Source of the DNA: Erysipelotrichaceae bacterium OH741_COT-311
GTDB lineage: Bacteria; Bacillota_I; Bacilli_A; Erysipelotrichales; Erysipelotrichaceae
NCBI GenBank assembly: GCA_003858585.1
Contig: RQZE01000001.1
Span: 120,001 to 152,000 of the forward strand
DNA length: 32,000 nucleotides
Direction: 5' to 3'
Position 1 is the first letter of the stretch; each line of letters starts with the position of its first letter. This document shows, in pieces, positions 20,174 to 27,710 of this stretch. The notes beneath the pieces were generated by a model. That model saw only the letters and a list, made by a program, of their open reading frames with translations. It was not told the origin of the DNA and ran no database searches. The position numbers and the translations under genes were made by a program.

Positions 20174-20215
20174 TGTAGCCACACTTATTATAAATGTAGC
20201 TACAATAATTGTCAA
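20174..20215 (-). promoter_or_regulatory. Consensus sigma-A promoter with two palindromic operator-like sites
   Basis: Minus strand: TTGACA (20215..20210), 17 nt, TATAAT (20192..20187). The perfect palindrome TGTAGCTACA (20195..20204) sits in the spacer, and the near-copy TGTAGCCACA (20174..20183) sits at about +1. Confidence 0.65.
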
Positions 20216-20235
20216 GTTTTTGTTGCCACAAAAAC
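20216..20235 (-). terminator. Hairpin directly after the SymE-like stop
   Basis: GTTTTTGT-TGCC-ACAAAAAC, an 8-bp stem abutting the -35 box of the downstream promoter. Confidence 0.5.
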
Positions 20236-20424
20236 TCAATTTGTATTTTTCTTTATAGAAATAATCAATTTCCCATTCTGACAATCAACATTATATTTCT
20301 GCCCTACTTTAAATCCAAATTCCTCTAACCATTTACCTTTCATCATGATGGTAGGTGTATCATTATATTTATTTCCACTCATTCCATAGACCTTCAAAGT
20401 TCTATTATTCCTCTCCATAATCAA
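20236..20424 (-). CDS. SymE-family (AbrB/SpoVT fold) type I toxin-like protein
   Basis: 62 aa. PTIMMKGKWLEEFGFKVGQKYNVDCQNGKLII matches the SymE signature (L.G.WLeeaGF..G..v.V....G.L.I). Confidence 0.72.
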   Translation of the reverse strand: MIMERNNRTLKVYGMSGNKYNDTPTIMMKGKWLEEFGFKVGQKYNVDCQNGKLIISIKKNTN

Positions 20425-20590
20425 CTCCTTTTCTAAAATGCTATCGTTAAATTATGCACCCTATTAAAAATTTTCACCTGTGTAATTTATATGTAATTAT
20501 TTTTGTTTTACGATTTTTAGCTATTTTATGCTCATTAAACTTCCTAAAATCTCTTGAAATACAGCTATTTCACATACGCACCCTAAAATA

Positions 20591-20740
20591 TCATTGTATC
20601 CATTTGCGTGTGGCGTTGTTTCCTTGTCCACTACCAGCGTATGTACCATCTTTTATACCACTACTTTTCGTTGTTGTATTACAAGCAACAAGTGAGATTA
20701 GCATAAAAAACGATAGTAAACCTACTACAATTTTTTTCAT
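20591..20740 (-). pseudogene. N-terminal stub of a lipoprotein / FMN-bind flavoprotein, probably the 5' end of the gene whose 3' end is at 8787..9350
   Basis: My translation is MKKIVVGLLSFFMLISLVACNTTTKSSGIKDGTYAGSGQGNNATRKWIQ*. GGAGGAAAGG is the RBS. It has a lipobox LVAC, and DGTYxGxGxG is the usual start of FMN_bind domains. The sequence diverges after GNN (about 20610). Confidence 0.5.
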
Positions 20741-20852
20741 TTCCTTTCCTCCTGAGCAGTATTTTAACACTATTGTTTAAAAAAAATTAATACAAATTTA
20801 CTTTATTAAATATTAAAATATTGTTAAAATATTATCAAGGAGGATTTTATAT

Positions 20853-22004
20853 ATGTCGAATCGCATTATCTTAAATGAACGTTCTTACCACAAAGCTGGA
20901 TGCATTCAAGAAATTGTCAATGAAATCAAAGCACGTGGATTCAAAAAAGCATTTGTATGTACCGATCCGGATTTAGTCAAATTCAATATATCAGCAAGAG
21001 TTACAAATCTTTTAGATGAACATAATCTAAAATATGTAATGTTTACAGACATTAAAGCAAATCCAACAATCGAAAATGTTAAAAATGGTGTAGAGGCTTT
21101 TAAACAATCAAAAGCAGATTACATCATTGCCATTGGTGGAGGATCAAGCATTGATACAGCAAAAGCCATTGGTATTATTCTAACAAATCCCAAATTTAAA
21201 AATGTAAGAAGTTTAGAAGGACTGGCACCAACTAAGAATCCTTGTGTTCCAATTATGGCTATTCCAACAACAGCCGGTACAGCTGCAGAAGTTACGATTA
21301 ACTATGTAATTACTGATGTTGCGAAAAATCGTAAAATGGTATGTGTAGATCCTAACTGTTTGCCAATTGTTGCTTTTGTTGATAGTGAAATGATGGAATC
21401 TATGCCAAAATCTTTAACAGCAGCAACAGGTATGGATGCTTTAACACATGCGATTGAAGGATATATCACTAAAGGGGCTTGGGAAATGAGTGATATGTTC
21501 CATTTAAAAGCAATTGAAATCATTTCCCGTTCATTACGCAAAGCAGTAAAGAATAATAAAAAAGCTTATGAAGATATGGCATTAGGACAATATTTAGCCG
21601 GTATGGGATTCTCTAATGTCGGTTTAGGTATTGTACACTCTATGGCACATCCATTAGGTGCTTTATATGATACACCTCATGGTATTGCAAATGCGATTAT
21701 TCTACCGACTGTTATGAAATACAATGCATCTGCAACAGGAAGTAAATATCGTGAAATCGCAAGAGCTATGGGTGTAAAAGATGTAGATGCTATGAATCAA
21801 AAACAATACCGTAAAGCTGCATGTGATGCAGTTAGACAATTGGCAATGGATGTAGGTATTCCAACTACATTAAAAGGCATTGTAAACATAGAAGATCTTG
21901 ATTTCTTAACACAATCTGCAATGGATGATGCATGTCGACCGGGAAATCCAAAAGATCCAACATTTGAAGATATTAAGAATTTATATTTAGAATTATTAAA
22001 ATAA
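20853..22004 (+). CDS. fucO: Lactaldehyde reductase (iron-containing group III alcohol dehydrogenase)
   Basis: 383 aa, collinear with E. coli FucO as I recall it: RIILNE..., ADYIIAIGGGSSIDTAKA, VRSLEGLAPTKNP, IPTTAGTAAEVTINYVITD, GMDALTHAIEGYITKGAW, GFSNVGLGIVHSMAHPLGA. Confidence 0.9.
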   Translation: MSNRIILNERSYHKAGCIQEIVNEIKARGFKKAFVCTDPDLVKFNISARVTNLLDEHNLKYVMFTDIKANPTIENVKNGVEAFKQSKADYIIAIGGGSSIDTAKAIGIILTNPKFKNVRSLEGLAPTKNPCVPIMAIPTTAGTAAEVTINYVITDVAKNRKMVCVDPNCLPIVAFVDSEMMESMPKSLTAATGMDALTHAIEGYITKGAWEMSDMFHLKAIEIISRSLRKAVKNNKKAYEDMALGQYLAGMGFSNVGLGIVHSMAHPLGALYDTPHGIANAIILPTVMKYNASATGSKYREIARAMGVKDVDAMNQKQYRKAACDAVRQLAMDVGIPTTLKGIVNIEDLDFLTQSAMDDACRPGNPKDPTFEDIKNLYLELLK

Positions 22005-22030
22005 AAAATAACGTCACTGACGTTATTTTT
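22004..22030. terminator. Bidirectional terminator between fucO and the b5-like gene
   Basis: Perfect inverted repeat AAAAATAACGTCA-C-TGACGTTATTTTT. Confidence 0.75.
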
Positions 22031-22424
22031 AGTGTGCTAATTTACCAACGATTGGTAAGTCTTTTAAAACAACTTCACCATGAGGAGATTTTGTAATCTC
22101 TTCACTTAAATCTAAACCAGCGGTATATCCGTTGTGTTGACCGTCAATCCATAATGGATGATCCGTTACATCATAAATGACACCATTTACTGCAATATAC
22201 GCTTTTTCTCCATCTTTTCCATTAAACGTAGCAAGTTCTTCTACGGTTAATGTTACTTCTTCACTTGCAGTAGTTGTTTCTGCTTCTGTTGAACTTTCTA
22301 CAGTTGTTGTTTCATTTGTTGGCATGGTTGTTACTTCTGTTTCTTTTACTTCTTTCAAGCTACAAGCCGTTAAAGCAAGTAAAGCAATTATACTAATCAT
22401 TAATTTTTTCATGTTTACCTCCAA
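22029..22424 (-). CDS. Lipoprotein with a cytochrome b5-like heme/steroid-binding domain
   Basis: 131 aa. Signal peptide with lipobox LALTAC, a Thr/Glu-rich linker, then FNGKDGEKAYIAVNGVIYDVT...GQHNGYTAGLDLSEEI..SPHG. Confidence 0.8.
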   Translation of the reverse strand: MEVNMKKLMISIIALLALTACSLKEVKETEVTTMPTNETTTVESSTEAETTTASEEVTLTVEELATFNGKDGEKAYIAVNGVIYDVTDHPLWIDGQHNGYTAGLDLSEEITKSPHGEVVLKDLPIVGKLAH

Positions 22425-22486
22425 AAATTTAACAATGAGGTTTTATCATACTTCTTTTTTTAAAATAAATCAATCCATATGTTTAA

Positions 22487-22512
22487 AAACACTTCCAAAT
22501 TTGGAAGTGTTT
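22487..22512 (-). terminator. Intrinsic terminator of the yjjI-yjjW operon
   Basis: Perfect 26-bp palindrome AAACACTTCCAAATTTGGAAGTGTTT overlapping the yjjW stop, followed by TTT on the minus strand. Confidence 0.75.
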
Positions 22513-23302
22513 AATTAATCACTACAATGTGTTGTAAACCTATGCCTTTAGCATATTCAGCAAGTGCTTCATGTTCCTGTACACTTGGCATTTTACTTGT
22601 AATAAAAGCCTCATCTCGTGCACCTTTCCCATGTACCCGAATTAGTTTAAATAATACTTCAGGATAGTCTTTGACCACACATGCAATGGCATCGACTGTC
22701 TTATATGCATCGTAAAATCCTTTGATATGAACTAATCTTACTTCTTCAATTTTTCCTAATGGTAAAAGCTTCCCTAAATTTTCAATGTTTTGACTCATAT
22801 AGGATGGCTTTTCTACTTCGTTTTTGCTTTCTTCACCTTTTACATTTTTCAAATCAAAACATAAATGTTCTAAGCCCCTACCAACACCTTTAATATCAAA
22901 TAGAAATTTATCTGTTACTTCAATTAACTCTTTTATCTTTTCAAAGTCAAAGAAACCATTTGAATCCAAATAACATGTTAAACCTAACTTTCTAACTTCT
23001 ATAAATAAAGGCACTAACTTTTTATAATGTAAGGTTGGCTCTCCACCTGACACGGTAATGCCTCGAATAAATGGCATTGACTTTTTTATTTCGTTTAAAA
23101 TATAAGCCAAACTAACCACCTTAGCATGTTCATCATCTGCTGGAATGGTTTCTGGATTATGACAGTATAAACAATTGATGTTACAACCTTGAAGAAATAT
23201 ACTACAACGATTCCCTTGTCCTTCAACATTAGAAAACGGAATAATGCGATGCAATTTTACATAGATTTCTTCTAGCTTACTTTCCGGCAACATTAGCCTC
23301 AT
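22511..23302 (-). CDS. yjjW: YjjW-family glycyl-radical enzyme activase (radical SAM)
   Basis: 263 aa. CNINCLYCHNPE (CxxxCxxC) cluster and GITVSGGEPTL. The gene overlaps the 3' end of the YjjI-like gene by 26 nt. Confidence 0.88.
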   Translation of the reverse strand: MRLMLPESKLEEIYVKLHRIIPFSNVEGQGNRCSIFLQGCNINCLYCHNPETIPADDEHAKVVSLAYILNEIKKSMPFIRGITVSGGEPTLHYKKLVPLFIEVRKLGLTCYLDSNGFFDFEKIKELIEVTDKFLFDIKGVGRGLEHLCFDLKNVKGEESKNEVEKPSYMSQNIENLGKLLPLGKIEEVRLVHIKGFYDAYKTVDAIACVVKDYPEVLFKLIRVHGKGARDEAFITSKMPSVQEHEALAEYAKGIGLQHIVVIN

Positions 23303-24815
23303 CTCTTAAAGAACGATCAAATACTTGAGCATTGTCATCTGTTTGTGAACCATACCAAGTAGTGTCACGTAAAACAACTTCACCTTTACGATATTTTTCT
23401 ACTTCACTTTTTTTCACTAAGTAACCTGTTACACGTATTAAATCTGTATTCTTCAAATAAGTTGTAATATAACGATACCCCAAAGCAAAAGCTCCATCAA
23501 TAATATCAACAACTGCATCTAAATGATCTACATACGTTTGATCAAAGGCGAATAAATCACCTGTTCCTGATGGAAAATACTTATGGAATGGTGCAGATTG
23601 TTTTAAATGATCTAACAACATTGGTTCTTGCCCTACTTTCACACGATGAGCCGGAGTATTGTTTTTGTCTTCTTCATGTAAGCCTGCTCCAACTTGAGCA
23701 TGTAATAAATAACGATTCTTTGTTCTTTCTACATAAACACCTTCATGATTATCATTCACTTCTTTCAGTTTTTCCATAATCATTGTTGCAATTTCATCTC
23801 CACGAGTAGATGAACCGAATGTTTCAGAAATGCCTTCTAAGGCTAAAAAGTGATTTACAGCATCCGCTAAACCAACAATGGCAATCATACTTGTAAAATT
23901 ATCACGTTTTAAGAAGCCCTCTTTTGTTAAGAAATCTGTCTTAAAGTAATTTGATTTTTCTACCAAGAAACGATGTCTTTTATCCATAGTTGATAGGGCA
24001 AGCTTTGCTACTTTAGGTAATAAATGATTTACCATATCTTCAGTAGAACTTGCTCCTTTTGCAATCGTACCTAAACGTAAACGAGTAAGGGTGTAAGCTC
24101 CTCCTGCAAGTGGTAAGGCATTATAACAACTTGCTAAAGCATAGTCACCTAAATCACTCTTGTAATATTCATCATTTGCAAACGATGGTTTTGAAACTAA
24201 TAAACATGCTTTTGCTGCAAGTTCTGCAAATTCTCTTGATGTAGTTTCTTTATTATACTTAATCGACATATTCGGTGTTGGATTTTGAAGTTCAATCACT
24301 GCTTTTAAAATCAAACGACCTGCTAAGGTATCCTTAGGTCCTACATTGGCATGACAAAACGAATCTGGAATCATTTTATCAATATGATTTAAAAAACGTT
24401 TAATCTTTATATAATCTTGTTGTTCATCTTTTACAAATGGATCTAAAAGCATATCTAAATGTCCAATGAATACTGGATAGGTTGTAATTGACGGAACATG
24501 AGAGTATAAAATTAATAAACCATCTAATGCTTCATCTAAATCCTTTGGTGCTGGTAAGTCTAAAAACTTACAGCCATTTTTCATATATACACTATAATCC
24601 GGAATAATATAACGAGGGCGATAAATCGCATATCCTTCATTTAAATCACAAATCATTTGATTATTAATATAATCCCATTCTTCTTGCGTATAGCCTAATA
24701 ATTCCATTGGATTAAACAAGCGTTCTGCCGCATTTCCTAAACTCATTAATTTTTGGTGATACGTCAACGTATCAGAGGTGATAATGTTGTATAAATCTTC
24801 TTTATTTGCTAACAT
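23277..24815 (-). CDS. yjjI: YjjI-family putative glycine radical enzyme (DUF3029-type)
   Basis: 512 aa. The C-terminal glycyl-radical-like motif is DLIRVTGYLVK (RVxGY). Its size and pairing with a YjjW-type activase fit the yjjI/yjjW pair. Confidence 0.8.
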   Translation of the reverse strand: MLANKEDLYNIITSDTLTYHQKLMSLGNAAERLFNPMELLGYTQEEWDYINNQMICDLNEGYAIYRPRYIIPDYSVYMKNGCKFLDLPAPKDLDEALDGLLILYSHVPSITTYPVFIGHLDMLLDPFVKDEQQDYIKIKRFLNHIDKMIPDSFCHANVGPKDTLAGRLILKAVIELQNPTPNMSIKYNKETTSREFAELAAKACLLVSKPSFANDEYYKSDLGDYALASCYNALPLAGGAYTLTRLRLGTIAKGASSTEDMVNHLLPKVAKLALSTMDKRHRFLVEKSNYFKTDFLTKEGFLKRDNFTSMIAIVGLADAVNHFLALEGISETFGSSTRGDEIATMIMEKLKEVNDNHEGVYVERTKNRYLLHAQVGAGLHEEDKNNTPAHRVKVGQEPMLLDHLKQSAPFHKYFPSGTGDLFAFDQTYVDHLDAVVDIIDGAFALGYRYITTYLKNTDLIRVTGYLVKKSEVEKYRKGEVVLRDTTWYGSQTDDNAQVFDRSLRDEANVAGK

Positions 24816-24877
24816 AACAATCTCCTTTTATATATTAAAAATAACATAGAATTATAGCGTTTACAAACCATATACTT

Positions 24878-25426
24878 CTATTTATTTGTTTCTTTTAAAA
24901 ACTCTTCTTTTAGAATATCTAACACCATTGTATCGTAATAATTTCCTTGATGATATTTACCTCTACGATAACTACCTGCATCTTGAAAGCCTAAACTACG
25001 ATAAAGAGCTAACGCTTTTTTATTATAAGCAAATACTTCAATACGAATAAAATTATAATTTAAGGTTTTAAAAGCATATTCAAGTAGTAAGGTAATCGCT
25101 TGTTTTCCATAACCCTTTCCTCGATAAGCTTCATCAATATAAATACCTAAGGTCGCACCATTTTCAATTTTACGATAATGAAATAAACTGATATGACCGA
25201 TAAATGCATCGTTATCCTTTGTAACAATGGATAACGCACAATCGCCATTTGACCAATCTTCCAACAATTTAAATACTTTTTCATTTGTAAAGATGGTTTG
25301 ATAAAAACTGTTATTATAGGCGATATCATAATCTTCATTTAGCCATCTTGTTACCACATCTACTTCATTTTTATAATCCATTGGTGACAAATAAATGTCT
25401 TCTCCGACAATTTTCTTATAATACAT
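24878..25426 (-). CDS. GNAT-family N-acetyltransferase (RimJ/RimL-like)
   Basis: 182 aa. Acetyl-CoA motif A is YRGKGYGKQAITLLLEYAF, with NKKALALYRSLGF. It lies 11 nt downstream of tex. Confidence 0.88.
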   Translation of the reverse strand: MYYKKIVGEDIYLSPMDYKNEVDVVTRWLNEDYDIAYNNSFYQTIFTNEKVFKLLEDWSNGDCALSIVTKDNDAFIGHISLFHYRKIENGATLGIYIDEAYRGKGYGKQAITLLLEYAFKTLNYNFIRIEVFAYNKKALALYRSLGFQDAGSYRRGKYHQGNYYDTMVLDILKEEFLKETNK

Positions 25427-25437
25427 ACATATCCTCC

Positions 25438-27609
25438 TTACACTTCCATAAGACTTAATTGTACTTTTTCACGTTGTGTATCAATTTGATATACCCATAC
25501 ATCAACAATATCATTAACCGATACCAATTCACTTGGATGCACCACTTTTTCTTTACTCATTTTTGATATATGAACCAATCCATCTTCATGTAAACCGATG
25601 TCTACAAATGCTCCAAAGTCTACTACATTACGAATTACACCTTGTAACTTCATCCCTACGGTTAAATCTTTTAAATCTAAGACATCACTTTTTAAAAGGG
25701 GGCCATCATAACTATCTCGATAATCTCGTAGTGGCATTTTTAAAGCATCTAAAATATCTTCCAAGGTATAACGATCTACATTAAATTCTTTCATACAGTC
25801 TTCTATATTTAATTTTGAAATAGCCAATTGTATAGCTTCACTACCAAGAGGATGATTTCCAAGGGCATCTAGAAGTTTATATGCAAGTGGATAACTCTCC
25901 GGATGGATACTGGTTTTATCTAGTATTTCTAAAGAATCATTAATACGTAAAAATCCTGATGCTTGCTGAATGGCTTTTGGACCAAGTTTTTTTACTTTTG
26001 ATAATTCCAAACGATTTTGAAAGCGTCCATGTTCATTACGATAATCAATAATGGATTTGGCTGTCGCTTTGGTTAAACCTGAAACGTGCATCAACAATTC
26101 ATTGCTTGCCGTATTTAAATCAACCCCTACTCTATTTACGCTTTTTAAAACTGCAAAGTCCAAACGTTCATTAAGTTGTTTTACTGCCAGATCATGTTGA
26201 TATTGTCCTACACCTATACTCTTTGGATCAATTTTAATTAATTCCGCTAATGGATCTAATAGACGTCGTCCAATGGAAATAGCACTTCGTTCTTCTACAT
26301 TTAAATCCGGAAATTCACTACGTGCAATTTCACTTGCACTATATACAGAAGCACCCGCTTCAGAAACAATGGTATATTGTAAATCTAAGTGATGTTTACG
26401 AATGACTTCTGCTACAAAATGTTCAGATTCTCTTGAAGCTGTACCATTTCCAATCGCAATGATTTCAATTGGGAATTCTTTAAATAAACCTAATAAAATC
26501 ATTTCAGCTTCTTGTTTCTTATTGATTGGAGCATGAGGATAAATCTTTTCAATTTTTAACATCTTTCCGGTAGAATCTAATACTGCTAACTTACACCCAG
26601 TACGAAAAGCCGGATCAAAACCTAAGATATATTTTCCTTTCAATGGTGGCTGAAGTAATAATTTCTCAACATTTAAACTAAAGACTTCAATGGATTGTTT
26701 CTCAGCTTTTTCTTCCAATTCACTACGTATTTCACGTTCTACTGAAGGAAATGCCAAACGCTTTAATCCATCTTCTACGGCATTTACAATCCGTTCTTTT
26801 GCAATGGTTTCCTTATCCTTCATCAATCCATATACGGCATATTTAATTAAGTAAGCTTGATTATAATCCATAGAAATCGTTAAGACTTTTTCTTTTTCAC
26901 CACGTTTCATTGCCATAATACGATGTGGCATAATCGTTGAAATTTTTTCACTATAATCATAATACATTTTATAAACTTGTTTTTCATCGCTATGTGTCTT
27001 TTTTACTTTGCTTACAAGACGACCATAGTTATAGATAGAATCTTTTATTTTCCATCTTAGCTTTGCTTGATCACTCACTACTTCTGCAATAATATCACTT
27101 GCACCTGCTAAAGCATCTTCAACCGATGTTACCTCTTCATTTAAGTACTTTAATGCCTCTTGATTTAAATCTCCTGTTTTAGGTAACGTTAATATCCAAT
27201 CCGCAAGTGGTTTTAACCCTTTACGAGTTGCTTCGGTAGCTCTTGTTTTGCGTTTTTGTTGATATGGTCGATAAATATCTTCTACTTGTGATAATTTTGT
27301 ACATTGATGAATTGCTTCAACAATTTCCGGTGTTAGTTTTCCTTGTGTTTCAATGATTCTTAAAACATCTTCTTTGCGTTTTGCTAAGTTTACTTGATAT
27401 TCATATTGTTTTTGAATATATAAAATTTGTTCTTCATCTAACCCTTTAGTCATTTCTTTACGATAACGTGCAATAAAAGGTACAGTATTCCCTTCTTCCA
27501 GTAATTTCAACGTGTTATTGATTTGTTCTACTTCTATCTTCAATTCTTGTGCAATGGGCTTAATTAATTGTTCCATAGTTAACTCCTTTAATCTTCTATA
27601 GTTTATCAT
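25438..27609 (-). CDS. tex: Tex-like transcription accessory protein (S1 RNA-binding domain)
   Basis: 723 aa. N-terminus TVPFIARYRKEMTKGLDE, YqgF/RuvC-like ILGFDPAFRTGCKLAVLD, an HhH region, and a C-terminal S1 domain GVIRNVVDFGAFVDIG...DGLVHIS. Confidence 0.95.
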   Translation of the reverse strand: MINYRRLKELTMEQLIKPIAQELKIEVEQINNTLKLLEEGNTVPFIARYRKEMTKGLDEEQILYIQKQYEYQVNLAKRKEDVLRIIETQGKLTPEIVEAIHQCTKLSQVEDIYRPYQQKRKTRATEATRKGLKPLADWILTLPKTGDLNQEALKYLNEEVTSVEDALAGASDIIAEVVSDQAKLRWKIKDSIYNYGRLVSKVKKTHSDEKQVYKMYYDYSEKISTIMPHRIMAMKRGEKEKVLTISMDYNQAYLIKYAVYGLMKDKETIAKERIVNAVEDGLKRLAFPSVEREIRSELEEKAEKQSIEVFSLNVEKLLLQPPLKGKYILGFDPAFRTGCKLAVLDSTGKMLKIEKIYPHAPINKKQEAEMILLGLFKEFPIEIIAIGNGTASRESEHFVAEVIRKHHLDLQYTIVSEAGASVYSASEIARSEFPDLNVEERSAISIGRRLLDPLAELIKIDPKSIGVGQYQHDLAVKQLNERLDFAVLKSVNRVGVDLNTASNELLMHVSGLTKATAKSIIDYRNEHGRFQNRLELSKVKKLGPKAIQQASGFLRINDSLEILDKTSIHPESYPLAYKLLDALGNHPLGSEAIQLAISKLNIEDCMKEFNVDRYTLEDILDALKMPLRDYRDSYDGPLLKSDVLDLKDLTVGMKLQGVIRNVVDFGAFVDIGLHEDGLVHISKMSKEKVVHPSELVSVNDIVDVWVYQIDTQREKVQLSLMEV

Positions 27610-27710
27610 TTTTTAAAAGATATGAAAGTCTTGACAATGATTTTTACACATTACAAAAGTGTTATATTTAAAAGAATATATTATGCTATAATTACTTTTG
27701 GAGGAAGTAT

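Larger units (their letters stand above)
9350..20610. mobile_element. Accessory genomic island of about 11.2 kb, possibly composite (R-M module plus serine-recombinase element), splitting a flavoprotein gene
   Basis: Bounded by the two halves of one apparent gene (8787..~9350 and 20591..20740, both minus strand). Content is R-M, XRE, large serine recombinase, ParB-like proteins, nuclease and SymE toxin. Boundaries are only good to about +/-70 bp, and I found no long direct repeats. Confidence 0.65.

Noticed and set aside
20456-20612. Short repeats near the right junction: GCACCCTA at 20456..20463 and 20578..20585, and an imperfect inverted pair CACATACGCA (20571..20580) / TGCGTGTG (20605..20612). 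I considered these as att-site remnants.
   Set aside because: They are only 8 bp, or imperfect with an indel. There is no matching copy at the left edge (9330..9500) or upstream of the recombinase gene. Serine-recombinase sites share only a ~2-bp core, so repeats are not expected to be diagnostic.
20454-20780. A 108-aa plus-strand ORF spanning the right island junction.
   Set aside because: It has hydrophobic shadow-frame composition and no RBS. It runs antisense to the much better supported minus-strand lipoprotein stub, which has an RBS, a signal peptide and a lipobox. I treat the region as non-coding plus pseudogene.
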